Part shown: piece by piece, positions 1-13,257 of the stretch | How the letters are laid out: every line of letters begins with the position of its first letter | Numbering within the stretch: the first letter of the stretch is position 1 | The notes under the pieces: generated by a model | The model's database searches: none | Told to the model about the DNA's origin: nothing | What the model saw: the letters and a program-made list of their open reading frames with translations, nothing else | Assembly (NCBI GenBank): GCA_024137785.1 | Contig: JAHRHZ010000018.1 | Location: 38,550,112-38,614,111 of the forward strand | Reading direction: 5' to 3' | DNA from: Ginglymostoma cirratum | Taxonomy: Eukaryota | Length of the DNA: 64,000 nucleotides | Made by a program: the position numbers and the translations under genes

Positions 1-619
1 AAAAATAGAGACAGGATTTAAGCCTGTTAAACTTCACACAGAAAGTTGGTACGTTTGCCCTCTGACTGATAAATCTACAGATCTCTACTCACAGAAATTG
101 GTATTGTTATTTTTCTGAATGCTTTGAATTGCAGGGCTGTCATCTAGCTGATCTTCAGTGAGGTCTTGATGTATCTCCCACTGACAAATTCTTATGAAAG
201 CAGCTATTGCTTCTTTCCATCATGCTGTCATCATGATCTGTTGTCCATGTTGTGGGCTTTTGCCTTCAGCAAGGTATTTGCGCCTGAATAGGTAATACTT
301 ATGCTGGATCCAGTAACGTAAGAGCTAGATATGAACAAAGTGATACCGAAAGATTTAACGGGCATATATTACAGTTCCTGATATATACATATATTATAGT
401 CACAGACACTTCAGTACTAAGGTATTTGGCTATAAACAGTAGCATGCTTTCATCAGCATGTCATGTTTCAAGTGACCCCAGTTAGTATGGAGTCTGAGAC
501 CTTTATCCCTCAAGTCATATGCCATGACATGCTGATGACATCATGAACGTGTCTTTTAAAGATATACTGCAAAGTAGCCGTGAGACATAAACAACAGAAT
601 GAAACTCTAATAACAATCA

Positions 620-1010
620 AGAAGTGCAACACCATTCAGACCAAAGCAGCTTGTTTGATTGGCATCCTGTCCATGACATTAAAATTTCATTCCCTCTATC
701 ATCAGTGTACAGTGGTACCAGTGTGTACAACATACAAGATACACTGCAGCAACTCAGTGAACTTTCTTTGACAACACCTTCCAAATCTACAACCATTGTC
801 ACCTATAAGGGTAAAAGCAGGAACATCACCAATTCCAAAGTCCCCTTGCAGTCGTCATCCTGAATATTCCACCATTCCATTCATGGTCTGTCGGTCAAAA
901 GCCCAAATTTCCCCCCCGCCACCGACTTCCATGCAGCAGTGGCGAGGTCAGCTCACCATCATCTTGTCAAAGCATTTGGAGGTGAGCAACAATTATTGGT
1001 CAAGTGACAC
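620..1010 (+). mobile_element. Degraded 3' fragment of a CR1-clade LINE
   Basis: Similar to copies at 16.1-17.0, 47.5-48.1 and 52.5-53.1 kb (accattcagaccaaagcagcttgtttgattggca...gcagctcaccatcatc). Confidence 0.6.
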
Positions 1011-3896
1011 ACACAGCCCAGAAAAAGGTTTCAAGCTTTAGCATTCTGATAGCTTTCTAACTGTTCAGTGAAACCAAGGCCTGGTAGCAGCTGTCTAGAT
1101 GACAGCTGTGCACTTGCAATGATTGTACTCATGCCAGACCGATGCAGGTGCTTTCTCAACTGCCACCTCTTCCTTATTCTACCCCTACTCTTTAAAATCC
1201 TTGAATATACTGGGCCCAGGGTTGTTTCAGCAGGTGGCAAAGACACAACCTGCAGCCAATTCAACTGAAAGCTTTGAGAAAAAATAAGTTAAGATTGACA
1301 AGTCTTAGAAAAGGTAACATAGTAGAATTAGAGCAGAAGGACACGTACTTATTACAGAAAAAAATGCTTGCAGTTTCAGTTCAGAAGTAAACCCTTTTAC
1401 AGCTGATTGAGATCTTGGCTTAGAGAATGTCTTGGAGAATTTTACAGAATCGGCTGTTAAAGGGACAGCTGAAGAGGTAACAAAATCTTTTTTTTAAAAG
1501 TTACATTTTTGTGGAGCCAGGAGAAACATAGGCTTCCCTTAAACTTGCCCCACTTCCCACAGGTTGGCTTAGTCAAAATTCATCGAGCCCTAACCAGCAA
1601 GCTTCAGTCCAATGCTCAATTAGTTCCCATCAATTGGCAGATTTATTCAAATGAGTCCTGATCCCAAGTTTGTTTAAGGTCTCAGGATGGCATAGATCAG
1701 CAGATGTAGGAATCGGTTCGCTGACTTGACCCTTATTTTTGGGTACAAGTTCATTTTCTTCACTTTGTGTCATTTTGTCTCATTAACTTTGGCGGCATTC
1801 CACTGAGCCCAAGTTCTCTGACGCCCTCTCCTACTTTACATTCTCATCTCTAACACACTTTGTGAGGGACTGCGGTCATTAAAGTTGCAATAGAAACTCA
1901 AGTTATTTCTTTCTTTCTTGTGTCAGTTATGTATGATCTTATTGTTACAGAAATAACATAATGCCGTGTAATTCAGTGCATCCTCTTTGATTCATCTTCC
2001 TTCCCACTTTTTCAAGAATACAGTATCTTTCATATGATAAAAAGGAAGTGGAAGTACATAATGAACAATAGATAAAGGTACAGTTTGAACCAAAATATGG
2101 AACTTACTTATCGTTAGCAATAAAACTTGCTTAAATCTGGAGAAGTCTAGAAGACACAAAACTCATTTGCTTCTTCTAAACGGTGCTAAAACAGAATTAA
2201 CAATTGCTATAATTCTACCCAGTTTTATTTATTTCCTCTAAATACATAAAGAACATGAGATTTATCAAATTGTAATCACTTACATAGATCTAATAAATGG
2301 TTAATGTGAAAGAATTTTGTACTTTTCAGATGGCATATCTCATGTAAATAGTGATACGTAATGAGATGCACATTGTTACCTAATTAACATGCTCACAGAA
2401 AGACAGACAAGAAGGGAAATATTTATTAATAGTTTTGCTGAGGGCAGAATGAAGCAGAGCTCTGAATATTCAAGACTTGTTATTGAAGGACAGTAAAGTC
2501 TCAAAGCTTTAGCCATCTTTTGAATAAAAATGGCAGTGAGCAGAAGAAAGGAATTCAGAATTTAAGAGGAATTCAAATGGATTTCAGTGGTGAAGTTTCA
2601 GCTTTAAAACCACTGGACCTCAGTAATTCTGAGACTTAGTTCCACTCTCTGGTTTAAGTGTACCATAATGGTTGTTTATGGTGAATAAGATATGACTCAG
2701 CGAGTCATTTTGGTTCATTATTACGTAATCTGATTTTTTTTTTCAACAGTTTGTGTGGTTTGTCCTAGTACAATGGCCTGGATTTGCGTTACCACATTGG
2801 GTGCACAGAATTGAGAGAATTCCTGGCTCCCTGAATATGACTTGCAAAACAGTCTGAACATCAGATTCTCATTCCACAGTGGTGGGATTCCTTAGAAGTC
2901 AGACTGGGGAGACCTGGAACAAAAACAGAGTTGCCAGATGTGTAAAAGAACTGAGCAGAGTACTGCTTCCAAGCACTGGTACTATGTTGTAGTTTTTTAA
3001 AAGCAGCCTTCATCCCTTCACACATTCCCCAAGTCCCATGCATGCCAGCCTATCCCACCTGCCACCTTTTCCCTTTAAACCTACCATGCGATTTTGCCTA
3101 GTATTCACCATCGATGGGCCACAGGACCCATGCAGATATTGATCAAACAAGATTCTAAGTGCCTACTGCAGCATTCATTCTATTGAATTAAAATACTCTC
3201 TGTCATAAATTTAAATTTACTACATTAACTTTCTTTCAACTTATAAAAACAAGCATTTCATTCTAGTGCATAATCCTTTATAACAACAAGCACTGAAATT
3301 CATGGTCCCACTTCGAAGAATCTATAACCATTTGTAACTGTCAATCAAACTGTAATTGCAGACAGTCTGCTATGACAGTGGTGGTTGTGAAATGTGTCAT
3401 GCAGAACCAATTCAGTAATGGAAACGTTCAGACTTATGTCAATGCTAGAGTGAAATAGCAAGTAATGATTCTTTTTAACACACCAGACATCTTTTTTCAA
3501 AGATTTTAAATGCAGGACTATTAAATGTATAACACTTCACGCAGGTCCTTTTAACACTTTTGATAAATCGACTTTGATGGATCTGTTGACATTTCCAGTA
3601 GGTGTGACAGGAGTAATGGCTTTACACAGCTTTTACAAAGATTCATGACTACTTTTAACAATTCCAAAAGGCACCTTACCTCTCCCAAAGGGTGGCTTAT
3701 CTTTCCCAAGCATGTCTCAATTCAAAGTGGTACCTTACTTCTCCAAAAAGGTAATTGGCTATCCAAATGAATCACAACATGCGACCTGTTCTTACCTGGT
3801 CAAATCTGTACGTTGTGTGATTCAGACGCCCAGATCACCAAAATCATAAAGGAATCAAAGCAGCTGCTGATGTTTATGTGCAGCTGCCTCTGCCTG

Positions 3897-4035
3897 CCTG
3901 GGATCAGGTAAAGCCAGGACCAATTTGTGTGGAATATGTCAATTCAAATTATTTAAATTGATCCTTCATTATTTGACTTACCCTCTTCTTGTCTTTTTAT
4001 GAGTGCTCCTATCTATATGTTTTGCTGTATAGGTG
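3897..4035. repeat. Left arm of a perfect 139-bp inverted duplication
   Basis: Exact reverse complement of 6281-6419, checked base by base. Confidence 0.95.
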
Positions 4036-4599
4036 ACCTGATCCTATTCCTTTTCTTTGCAAAAGTGGGAGATGCCATGTTTGGGGAGAAGATAGCTAAT
4101 ATTAGAGTATTCCACCATTGTCACCATGATGGAGCACCCCTCCTTCCTGGCAAATAGCCAGGTAAAAGTGTCAAATCCAACACATAGCACATTCTGTCAT
4201 TTCCCATCTGTAAACACGAGGCAAACTATAGCACTGAACCCTCTCCAGACATATTAATGGAATTGAACAGTGAGTGCTGGTATGATTATTGTTTTTGGGG
4301 TCCCTGTTGGATAGCACTGATGTACTGAATATAGTAATAACTGTGTCCTGTAGTGTGGAGGTCTACCAGGCATCTAGGAGTATAATATTACACTGATCCC
4401 CAGCATTCTAACTGAAATATGTAACTCCATGCGGTTGGTGACAGACAAGCTAGAGACTTCAGCACCCATAAATAGGGAGTAATTTTGAGTTGTTGCGATT
4501 TTGTAAAGCAGACATCACCAAATCAGCTGCCCATTGAACATCTCTCCTAATTTACATTCCATTGAAATTAACATTTTGTGCCCTTGCCAAATTTGAATT

Positions 4600-5705
4600 T
4601 CACCCCTCTTAGGAATCAGAAGGGAATCTGTGTCGGTAGAGTTGAGGAAATGCAAAGAAAAACTGCTGGGAGTTATGTAGAGGTCTCCCAACAGCAGTCA
4701 GGATGTAAGGCAGAAAATAATTCAGGAGATGGAAAAGGCATGTACGAAAGTCAGTATTAAAATAATCATGGGGTCTTCAATACGCAGGTGGATTGTGAAA
4801 ATCAGGTTCGTAGCAGATCCCAAGGAAAATAATTCATTGAATATCCACGCGATGGTATTTTTGGAGCAGCTTCTGATAGAACCCACAAGGAAATTGGCAA
4901 TTCTGGATTTGGTATTGTGTAATGAGGCAGATTTGATTAGGAAGTTTAAGGTGGAGGAAACACAGGGTGGAGGAACCCCTTGGGGGGGCAGTGCCCATAA
5001 TACGACAGAATTCACCCTGCAGCTTGAGAAAGAGAAGCTGGAATCAGCTGTCTAAATGTATTAAAATTGAGTGAAGGTAACTATGAAGACACGAGCGAGC
5101 TGGCTGGAGTTGATTGAAAGGGGAGCCTAGCAGGGAAGATGGTGGAGCATCAGTTTCTGGGGGTAATTCAGGAGGCACAACAGAAATTCATCCCAAGGAA
5201 GAAGCAACATACTAAGGGGAGGACAAGGCAACCAGGTCTGACAAGGGAAGTCAGGGACAGAGTAAAAGCAAAAGAAAAAGCTACAATTTGGTGAAGATTA
5301 GTGGGAAGCCTTTAAAAACCAGCAGAAGATATCTAAAAAAAAAAGCAATAATGGGAAGAAGTTGAAATATGAGTGTTAGCTAGCTAGTAATATAAAAGAA
5401 GATTTCAAGAGATTTTTAGAGATTTAAAAGGTAAGAGAGAGGCGAGAGTAGACATTGCATCACTGGCAAATGATCAGTAAGGGGATCAAAAGTTACGGGG
5501 AGACTGCAAGAGAACATAGAACAGTACAGCATAGTACAGGCCCTTCGGCCCATGGTGTTGTACCGAACTTTTACCCTAATCCTAAGGTCTATCTAACCTC
5601 CACCCCTACCTTAATGGGATTGAGAAACATATCAGACATGATCAAATTGGTGGAGCAGACACAACGGGCCAACTGGCCTAATTCTGCTCTAATGGCCTTG
5701 TGGAC
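4600..5705 (+). mobile_element. Degraded CR1/HER1-type LINE (ORF2 endonuclease-linker region plus 3' end)
   Basis: ORF 4729-5055 contains FLEQLLIEPTRKLAILDLVLCNEADLI, typical of the CR1 APE endonuclease C-terminus; CR1-like 3' UTR near 5640-5705. Confidence 0.75.
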
Positions 5706-6280
5706 TCTTCTGTAACAAAATAGACTTGTAGACAAAATTATTAGGAGAACCTCTTGAAAAGAATGAAAAACCGAGCTCAGGAGGCAAAAACCTGTACTTT
5801 GGTGACAATAGTTTGGGAAAAGATAATTAGACACACGAGGGTCGCATCAATCAACAGGAAATTAGTTTGGTAAGGCAATGTTTCTCAATCTTAAAATTCT
5901 TAATTTTTCAAATATAAACTTACTAAACAAAATCAGAAAGAATTGTAAATAATAATGTACGTCTTATCAGAAATCAGAAAATTCCTCTGACAAGGGCCCT
6001 AACTAATCTCAGGAACAAACTTTGAGTTCTGTCAATTGGAAAATGTGCCTGTCTTCAAAAAATTATACATGGTGCAATCGACGAGGGTTTACCCTTTGGT
6101 TATGGAGTGTTGCAACTTAGATCCACAAGTCAATTATGTGATAAGCTCTTGTTCAAATGGGGCCAAATTGAGCATTTCACCACGGAGAATTAATGCCAGA
6201 AATCCTAGACAAATTCTGAAGTCGGAGCTAATATTGAAGTTATAGCCATAATATCTGTTTACAAAGCACTCCCTGCTTAC

Positions 6281-6419
6281 CACCTATACAGCAAAACATA
6301 TAGATAGGAGCACTCATAAAAAGACAAGAAGAGGGTAAGTCAAATAATGAAGGATCAATTTAAATAATTTGAATTGACATATTCCACACAAATTGGTCCT
6401 GGCTTTACCTGATCCCAGG
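6281..6419. repeat. Right arm of a perfect 139-bp inverted duplication
   Basis: Exact reverse complement of 3897-4035. Confidence 0.95.
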
Positions 6420-6463
6420 AAAAGAACATTTGTTAAAATGCCATACTCGTGCAAAGTGCAAAT

Positions 6464-6678
6464 AGAGGAGGTCCCTGATTTACAAACACTCGTACTTACA
6501 AACATAATCGATATGGGGGTGTATTAATAGTACATTTTAAAGATCTCACATACAAATGTTTGCTCATACTTACAAACAGCTATTTTATATTGTCCTGCAT
6601 TGTGTTCTGACTTGTGTACAAATTGACTTGCAAACAGACTCAAGAAATGGACCCATTTCCAACCCAGAGGCTGCCTAT
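6464..6678. mobile_element. Degenerate Tigger/pogo-like MITE remnant
   Basis: Ends aggaggtccctgatttacaaac and ttccaacccagaggctgcct resemble eroded CAGGCAGTCCCCGGGTTACGAAC-type TIRs, with internal gacttacaaac-like repeats. Confidence 0.4.
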
Positions 6679-9189
6679 GCGAAGGTACTTTCTCAATGTT
6701 AACATTATTAGTGTGGAGAGACTTTAGAGATCAGGGAATGTAATGCTTCCTTGGGATATTTTACTGCCTTAAAGGTGTGACATAAATGAATGTTGTTGAA
6801 GTCAGGGCAGGTGAGCATTGTCAGTTTTGTATCATACTATTCACATAATCAAGAAACAGGTGCCTACGGTTCAATTTGTAGAGTTAACACTCAAGATAGG
6901 TCAGATCAATGTCTTTCTGCTTAGGATAGAAAAATGGTATTTTTTTAAAAATGGTGCAGGTCAGGTCGCTGAACGTTTTAGCATTAACTATGTAGTTGGT
7001 ACCAAGAATCAGCAGCTCAATGAAACCACAGCTACAGCCTGAATGAATAAACTGAATAGTGCAGTTACCATCTTGGAAATGGCTACTTTGCATGTCAGCA
7101 TGACTCACATCATCTTTGTCCTCAGTTTTGCATCTGAGCTGAACAAAGGAAAACAAGCAGCCAATACTTGATAAAGGGATGCATTATTTTTGGCTACCTA
7201 ACATTAACTGTAATATTAATGTCACTCGTGCCTTTTATTACTGTCCAAAAGACTTTTTCTACGTGACTGAATGAGTGATTTAATTTGGACAAATATTAAG
7301 CAGATTGCTGTTTGTCGTTCAAATGGGTTCCATTGCTTTTGCATGAAATATTTCTTTTAAAAGATTTCTCACTCTTCACTGAATTGAGTCTGTAAGCTGC
7401 ATCTGTCTTACCACTGGCAACAAAGTCAAGAGGCATGAGGCTTTTTGTAAGTTCTCCAATCCCAAAAGACTTTTTATTACTTTGCATACTGTGAAATGTC
7501 ACCTTTTGAGCAAGCTGTTGCAATGTTTTCTCTGCGCCAAAATGTGAAACCTCAGAGGACATGAATTAATCCACTGTTCTCAGTGACAGCATTTTAAAGG
7601 CATTAGAAGCCTCAGGCATATCTGACACACACAGTGCAATGCAGAACAGAAACTGCTAGCTACAAAGAACTTTTTCTGAATAGCAAAGTGAACTAAATAA
7701 CATCTTCTTTTAGATGATTGCTGTGAACATTTCAACCTAATGTAGATCACATTTTATGGGCTGCTATTGATGTTGATCTAAAGCGCACAGAACTATAAGA
7801 AGTAATCGACACGGATTTCACATTATCATAGAATGTTGCACAGAAAGATTCAGTCAAACAAATCTGCACCACTGCCCTTCTCCTTGAACCTTTCAGGCTG
7901 ACCCCAGACTCGTTCACAGATATTTAATATCTCCTTTTATCAAGTAACTATTTAATTGTCTTTTAATAGAACCTTATGAATTCTGTTTTAAGAATAACTT
8001 GCACCACTTGCCAGCCTTTCCTTCAACTCTTTTCCTGATTTTATTAAATTTGTGTTTTCCCTACTCAGTGTTTTATAATTATATATTATCACAAGCCTTC
8101 AGAATTTGTAAGAAGTTTATCAAGCCTTCTCAGTTGTAGTGAAAAACCTGCTTACAGTGAATTAGAAACAATGGCAATGTCTCTTTATACTTTGATACAG
8201 AGTACTTGTACATTTTTTGTTACACCTTTCCAGTTGGATAAGCAACAAGGGAACAAATAGATGTTGCATTAAAAGAAATGGTGGGAGTGTGACCTTTGCT
8301 ACAAAGAGGTGGATTTTTATAGGTGGTCATAATGGAAGAAAGCTGGAGTGGCAGAGGTTATTGGGAAGAGAATTCCAGGTGGCACACCAGGTAAACAGCT
8401 AAAATGAGAGTACCAGCAGTGGAACGAACAGAGATGGGATACACAATACAGCAGAGCCCAAAGACCATTGAATTCAAGCAGAAGTTGTGGAACAAACGGA
8501 CATTGTATTGAAAGTGAGGAGTGAAGCCAAAAACAAATTCAAAATCGAAATTATGAGGATATGAGTATTTAAGGATACAAATTTTACATTTGGTACTTGG
8601 GAACTCAGAGCCAATGTAGGTAGTTAGGGCAACAGTGATGAATAAGTAGAAATTCTTGTGGGATAAATTAGGGACAGCAGGGTGAACTGGATTTTAAGGA
8701 GGGTGAAGGATGATCAGAATAGCTTTGGAATAATTGAACCTGGAGCTGATAAAAGCATGTTGAGAGTTTCCGTGGAAGATGAGCTATCTTAGATGGAGTG
8801 AGATTATAGAGGGTAAAATTTGGGACAGAGGATATGAAATCTAAGGTCATCTCTAAATTAAATAGGACAAATCTGGTTTGGCCTGATACAGTGGTGATGA
8901 GGAGGAATGGACTCAGCTGGAAGAAGTTTGTGTTCAGGGCTTTGGTCTTTCCAACGTTTAGCTGGAGAAAACTTTAACTTGCCCAAGATGGAGGACGAAA
9001 GGTGTGCAGCAGGACCAGGGGCCTCATTATACCAGCATCTTCCAATTAAATGGATGATATGCTGTCTTTCTAAGGACTGTAACCCTATGCCCTCAACCAA
9101 TTAAAACTTACACTAATCCTAGAACCAACAGATTAGCAGCCTCAGCAGCGCCTCCATTAACAATGGCTATTGCTGGAACTGTACCTCGA

Positions 9190-10240
9190 GAATGGTAAAA
9201 CTGGGGCCCATGTGGGTATCCATAGCCACAGCTTTCACCTGAAGAAAGTGAGAGGAGTCAAAGTAGAGGTTGTTCAAAGTGAGTATGAACTAGGCCAGGT
9301 GGGGAATGGTGGCGGAGGATTGGGATTATTCAGGACATTTTCCCTGGAAGAAATAGAGAGGACTGAAATCATCCTGATGAGGCACAGACATGTAAAGGGA
9401 TTGCACGTTCTTGGTAAAAAGGAGATGGCTGGAGCCTGCAAACTGAAAATTCTGACATTGATGTAACGTGGCAGAAGAATTGCAGAAAGAATTGGGAAAG
9501 GACTGAACAAGGGGATAAAAAAGGTTGGAAGAGAGTAAGTTCTGTGAGGCAGGAGCAGGCAGAAACAGTGGGTCTGCCTGGGCAGTCCCTTTGTGAATTT
9601 TGGGAAGGAGGTAGAAGCAGGCCGTGCGGGGTTAGGGTCTATGAACTTGGAGGCTTTGGGGGGCACAGGGAAATCACCACATGAGATTAGTGACTCTTGT
9701 GGACACAATGGCTTGATGTTCCATGGTGGGGATCATGTCCGGGAGAGATAGGAGGAGATAGCTGAGAGATGGCACTCAGCTTCCAATGTAGAGGTCAATC
9801 TGCCAGACAACAACAGCACCAACTTTGTTGGCAAGTTTGATTACAAAGTCAGAGTTGGATCTGAGAGCAGTCAGTTCAGAGGGAGATAAGTTTCAATGGG
9901 TGAGGGCAGCAGTGAAATTGAGGCTGCCAATATCATGTTGGCAGTTCTTGATGAACAGGCCAAGTGCAAGTAAAATGCTAAAGGGAGGATTTCAGGCAGA
10001 GGGAGAGTGTTGCAGCTGGGTGAAGGGGCCTGTGGGATGGGGTGGGGACTCCTGTCAAAAGAAATGGAATAAAGATGATGGAAGAAGAGTTCAACATCAT
10101 GTCATGCCTGAAACGTTTTGAGCTGGGCCATGAGAGGGATAAAACTAATGTATATCTTGTAGTCGATAGGCCAGATGGGAAGATGGAGCAGCTAAGATTG
10201 CTGCTTATAAGGAGTTGGTCCTGATGCTGTAAAGAACAAC
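9190..10240 (-). mobile_element. Old Penelope-like element reverse-transcriptase fragment (disrupted)
   Basis: The minus strand near 9200-9300 translates to FILTLNNLYFDSSHFLQVKAVAMDTHMGP, a decayed PLE RT motif (F.F....YLQ..GVAMG..MGP); stops are present. Confidence 0.6.
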
Positions 10241-11124
10241 AAGAGAGATGCTAATCAAACGGCTGTGTATTTATTCAAAGGGAATTCAAGTTGGAGAAGA
10301 GTAGGAAATGCAGAGCAATAGTGTAGGCCTGGGTCATGATGGGGAGGGAAATGGAGGAAATTAAAGTTTGAATGGTTAGGTTGCAAGAAGGGAATAATAG
10401 AACAGATTGTGCAAAAGAACCTAAAAGTAGGGAATTAAAAATAGTGGTTATAGTCCAAGAGAGACAACCAAAATAGTAGAGGCACCTATGGCTGCTCTTA
10501 GAACAAGTTCTAGCCAGCATTTCACTCCCTACTCCATTTCCTGGGGCTGAATGAGGTGCAGTGCCAATGCAGGCCCCATTTGTCCTGGGAACTTTGACAG
10601 AATGTGCTGGATGTTGAAGCGGGCCTGGAGGGCTGCAGGAGTGGGGAGCCCATCCTGTCCTGGTGCCTGTGAAGGTGAACAGTGTGGAGTGTTGATTAAA
10701 CAGAAGCTAGGGTGAGAGCTTGGGACTGTATATGCAAGGGAGTATCAGCCATTGCCAGTTATGTGGCATGAGCCATGTGGCTTTGTGACTACTACAATGT
10801 GAAGGCCAACACTGGATTGCAATCACTTGTCCAGGCACATACGGCCTTTTAAAAATGGCATCAGTGCAGGGAAGGAGGTGTTTTGGAGGATATCTGCTGA
10901 GTGGTGAGTCCTTCTGGGAACAGCAGATATTGGAATGGGGTTTACATTGGACAAGAGGAGCAGCATGGGGTGAGGTAGGTAGTTAATGAGGCAAGTTGGG
11001 TAAGAAGAAATGAGCTCTCCCTTGGCCTCATGGACAGTAATCTTCCAGGAAACATGAAACTGGTACTTGGCCTAAAAAACAAGATCCAATTCCATGTGTC
11101 ATGAAATGACACAGAGTGAAATTG

Positions 11125-11310
11125 AGAACATTAGTGAACCAGATGAGTTTTTCCAACAACTGATAGCGAATTTGTGGTCATCATCAGACTCTTAATTCCA
11201 GACTTTACTTTTTACTAAATTCAAATTCCACCAGCTACCATGGCGAAATTTAAACCCAAGTCCCCAGAACATTATCACCAGAACTGGATAACAGTCCAGT
11301 GAAAATACCA
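11125..11310 (-). mobile_element. tRNA-derived SINE 5' fragment (SlmI/MetaSINE-like)
   Basis: Reverse complement resembles the head of the SINE at 45740-46385 (ctggggacttgggtttaaatttcgccatggtagctggtggaatttgaattt; ctggttcactaatg). Confidence 0.55.
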
Positions 11311-12045
11311 TAGGCCATTGCCTATTTGTTGAGATGGGGCTATCTGTGGATTGGCCAGTCGAAGAAAAGTGTAACAGAACCGTAGCCAAGGGAAGCAGGT
11401 AACAGCAACTTCACAAGTATTTAGCAGCTTACACAGCAGGAAGGGATCACTGTTCATCCAGCGCTGAGCAAACCAGAGAGAGGAATAGGTGAAGTACAGC
11501 CAGGATTAAAGGCTCAATGGAATTGTGGAATAAAAACACCAGAGACCAGTGGAGGAACAAGATTTGTCCCTGAAGAAGGCAGGAATCCTGCACAGGATTC
11601 AGAACAGCAATCCTGGCAGGAGAAACCATTAGAGCACGGGTACAATGAATGCAGGAGGCAACATGTGGTGGGTTGGGCACTGAATGCTGTTAGCAGTTAA
11701 AGCTGACAAGATTGAATAGAACAGCAGAGCCACAGCAGCCGAGCATGCAGTATCCTCCATCTGAGCAGTCTTGACCTGTTGGCAGAGGCAAAAATCAAAT
11801 GGGAGTAGAGTGCCAGCAATAGTAAAGAGCACAGTCAGAAACACGGAATAAACTGGGTTGAGGAGGATGAGTTATGTGTTCTGCATTGAAATTGTGGATT
11901 GAGCTAAAATATACACAAAATGGATCAGGAACACGCAGAGATGCAGTCGAGACATTGGAGAGTAGAAATGTCTAAAACCTTACCTCAAACACTACCTGTC
12001 CTGCACGTGGTACAGGCTGCAATCTGAGCATCTCAATATCCAGTT

Positions 12046-12135
12046 CTGAAGAAGAGTTACTCCAGGCTCAAACTCTAACTCTGTTTCTCCCTCCAGACCT
12101 GCTGAGTTTCTCTAGCATTCTCCGTGTTTGTTTCA
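12046..12135 (+). mobile_element. Short PLE-derived terminal repeat with degenerate hammerhead core
   Basis: CTGAAGA-AGAGTT...GGCTC-AAAC followed by taactctgtttctc...agacctgctgagtttc, as in the 19.8/22.9/48.3 kb copies; the GAAA box is damaged. Confidence 0.55.
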
Positions 12136-12772
12136 AAACCCATCAAATTGGAATGGAAACATACCACCCTCAATCCAGAGGGGCAGCCTCAGGAAGCTGA
12201 CTCATTGTCAGGAATAGGGACCTTAAACATGGAAGCGACTAAAACAAAAAGGAGAAATGGTAATGTATGGATTTACAAGTAGAAGAACTCAGGGACACCA
12301 TCTTGAGTTAGCTGCTTTGTCCTGAGACTATAGAGGTCACTAAAAGTAGTGTTTACTGCTCACACTATCCAAAGATAAATAAAGGATATACTTGACTGCA
12401 ACTTACATGGCCAATGACTGATGTTATGGAAAGTTGTAGTAGGTAAAGGGATTAGGACAACGGCTAAGGAATAGCAACTGACTATTGTAGGATTAAATAT
12501 GGACTAGAAACAGAAACAGTGAAGGGCATTTTTAATAGGAGCAAAATGGGTTTTTCACACTAGCTAGAGAACCAGATGTCTGAAGTTTATTAACAATTAA
12601 CAATGAACATTGATAGGACACTTCAGACTTACATACAGTCAAGGTTATGTGCTTACTTTGATGAGTACTATATTATCTACATTGTTGACTGGCTGTCCAG
12701 AGATTAATATGGAGGTCTTCTATACTAAGACATCACACGTCATGAAGTCATCCAGCTGTCTTATAGGTACAG

Positions 12773-12865
12773 GGATATCAAGGTGTAGAGCTGAATGAAA
12801 CCAGCAGGCCAAGCAGCATCAGAGGAGCAGGAAAGCTGACGTTTCAGGCCTAGGCCCTTCTTCAG
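12773..12865 (-). mobile_element. Solo PLE terminal repeat with hammerhead core (12838-12865)
   Basis: Minus strand CTGAAGA A GGGCCTAGGCCT GAAAC GTC AGC..., homologous to the 3' ends of the GIY-YIG elements at 14.4 and 42.1 kb. Confidence 0.8.
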
Positions 12866-13172
12866 GGCCTTTCTGAGATCTGCACAATAATAGAACAAAT
12901 ACAATGCTCACAAGTCCTATGTTAAGCCATAATGTGAGAAATCTCCTCACTGTGTACACATGTTTGGAATATATACATTTTTAAAATAAAAAATGACAAA
13001 TACAATGGCAAACTGAGTCTTTTAAAGATCAGCTGAAGAAATACGTAACTAGTTATGGGATAAGGGAAAGTTTCAAACAGATGATCAAATACTCTATGGA
13101 GTAATCGAGATAACAAGCATGGGGCTGGATGAACACAGCAGGTCAAGCAGCATCATAGGAGCAGGAAAACTC

Positions 13173-13200
13173 GACGTTTCGGGCCTAAACCCTTCATCAG
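13173..13200 (-). ncRNA. Minimal type I hammerhead ribozyme core (mirror copy)
   Basis: Exact reverse complement of 13230-13257. Confidence 0.7.
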
Positions 13201-13229
13201 AAATGAAACCCTTTCATCAGAAACCCTTT

Positions 13230-13257
13230 CTGATGAAGGGTTTAGGCCCGAAACGTC
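13230..13257 (+). ncRNA. Minimal type I hammerhead ribozyme core
   Basis: CUGAUGA A GGGU-UUAG-GCCC GAAAC GUC: conserved boxes, 4-bp stem II, palindromic ACGU in place of stem III, GUC cleavage triplet. Stem I is weak and activity is untested. Confidence 0.7.

Noticed and set aside
532-555. CTGATGA as another hammerhead core
   Set aside because: No stem II followed by a GAAA box (reads GAAC), and no PLE flanking sequence.
3897-6419. DNA transposon with 139-bp terminal inverted repeats
   Set aside because: No TSD and no transposase; the interior is old CR1 and unique DNA while the arms are 100% identical.
13230-13236. CTGATGA motifs as C/D-box snoRNA boxes
   Set aside because: There is no C-box/D-box pair with a terminal stem, and the hammerhead layout in a PLE repeat explains the motif better.
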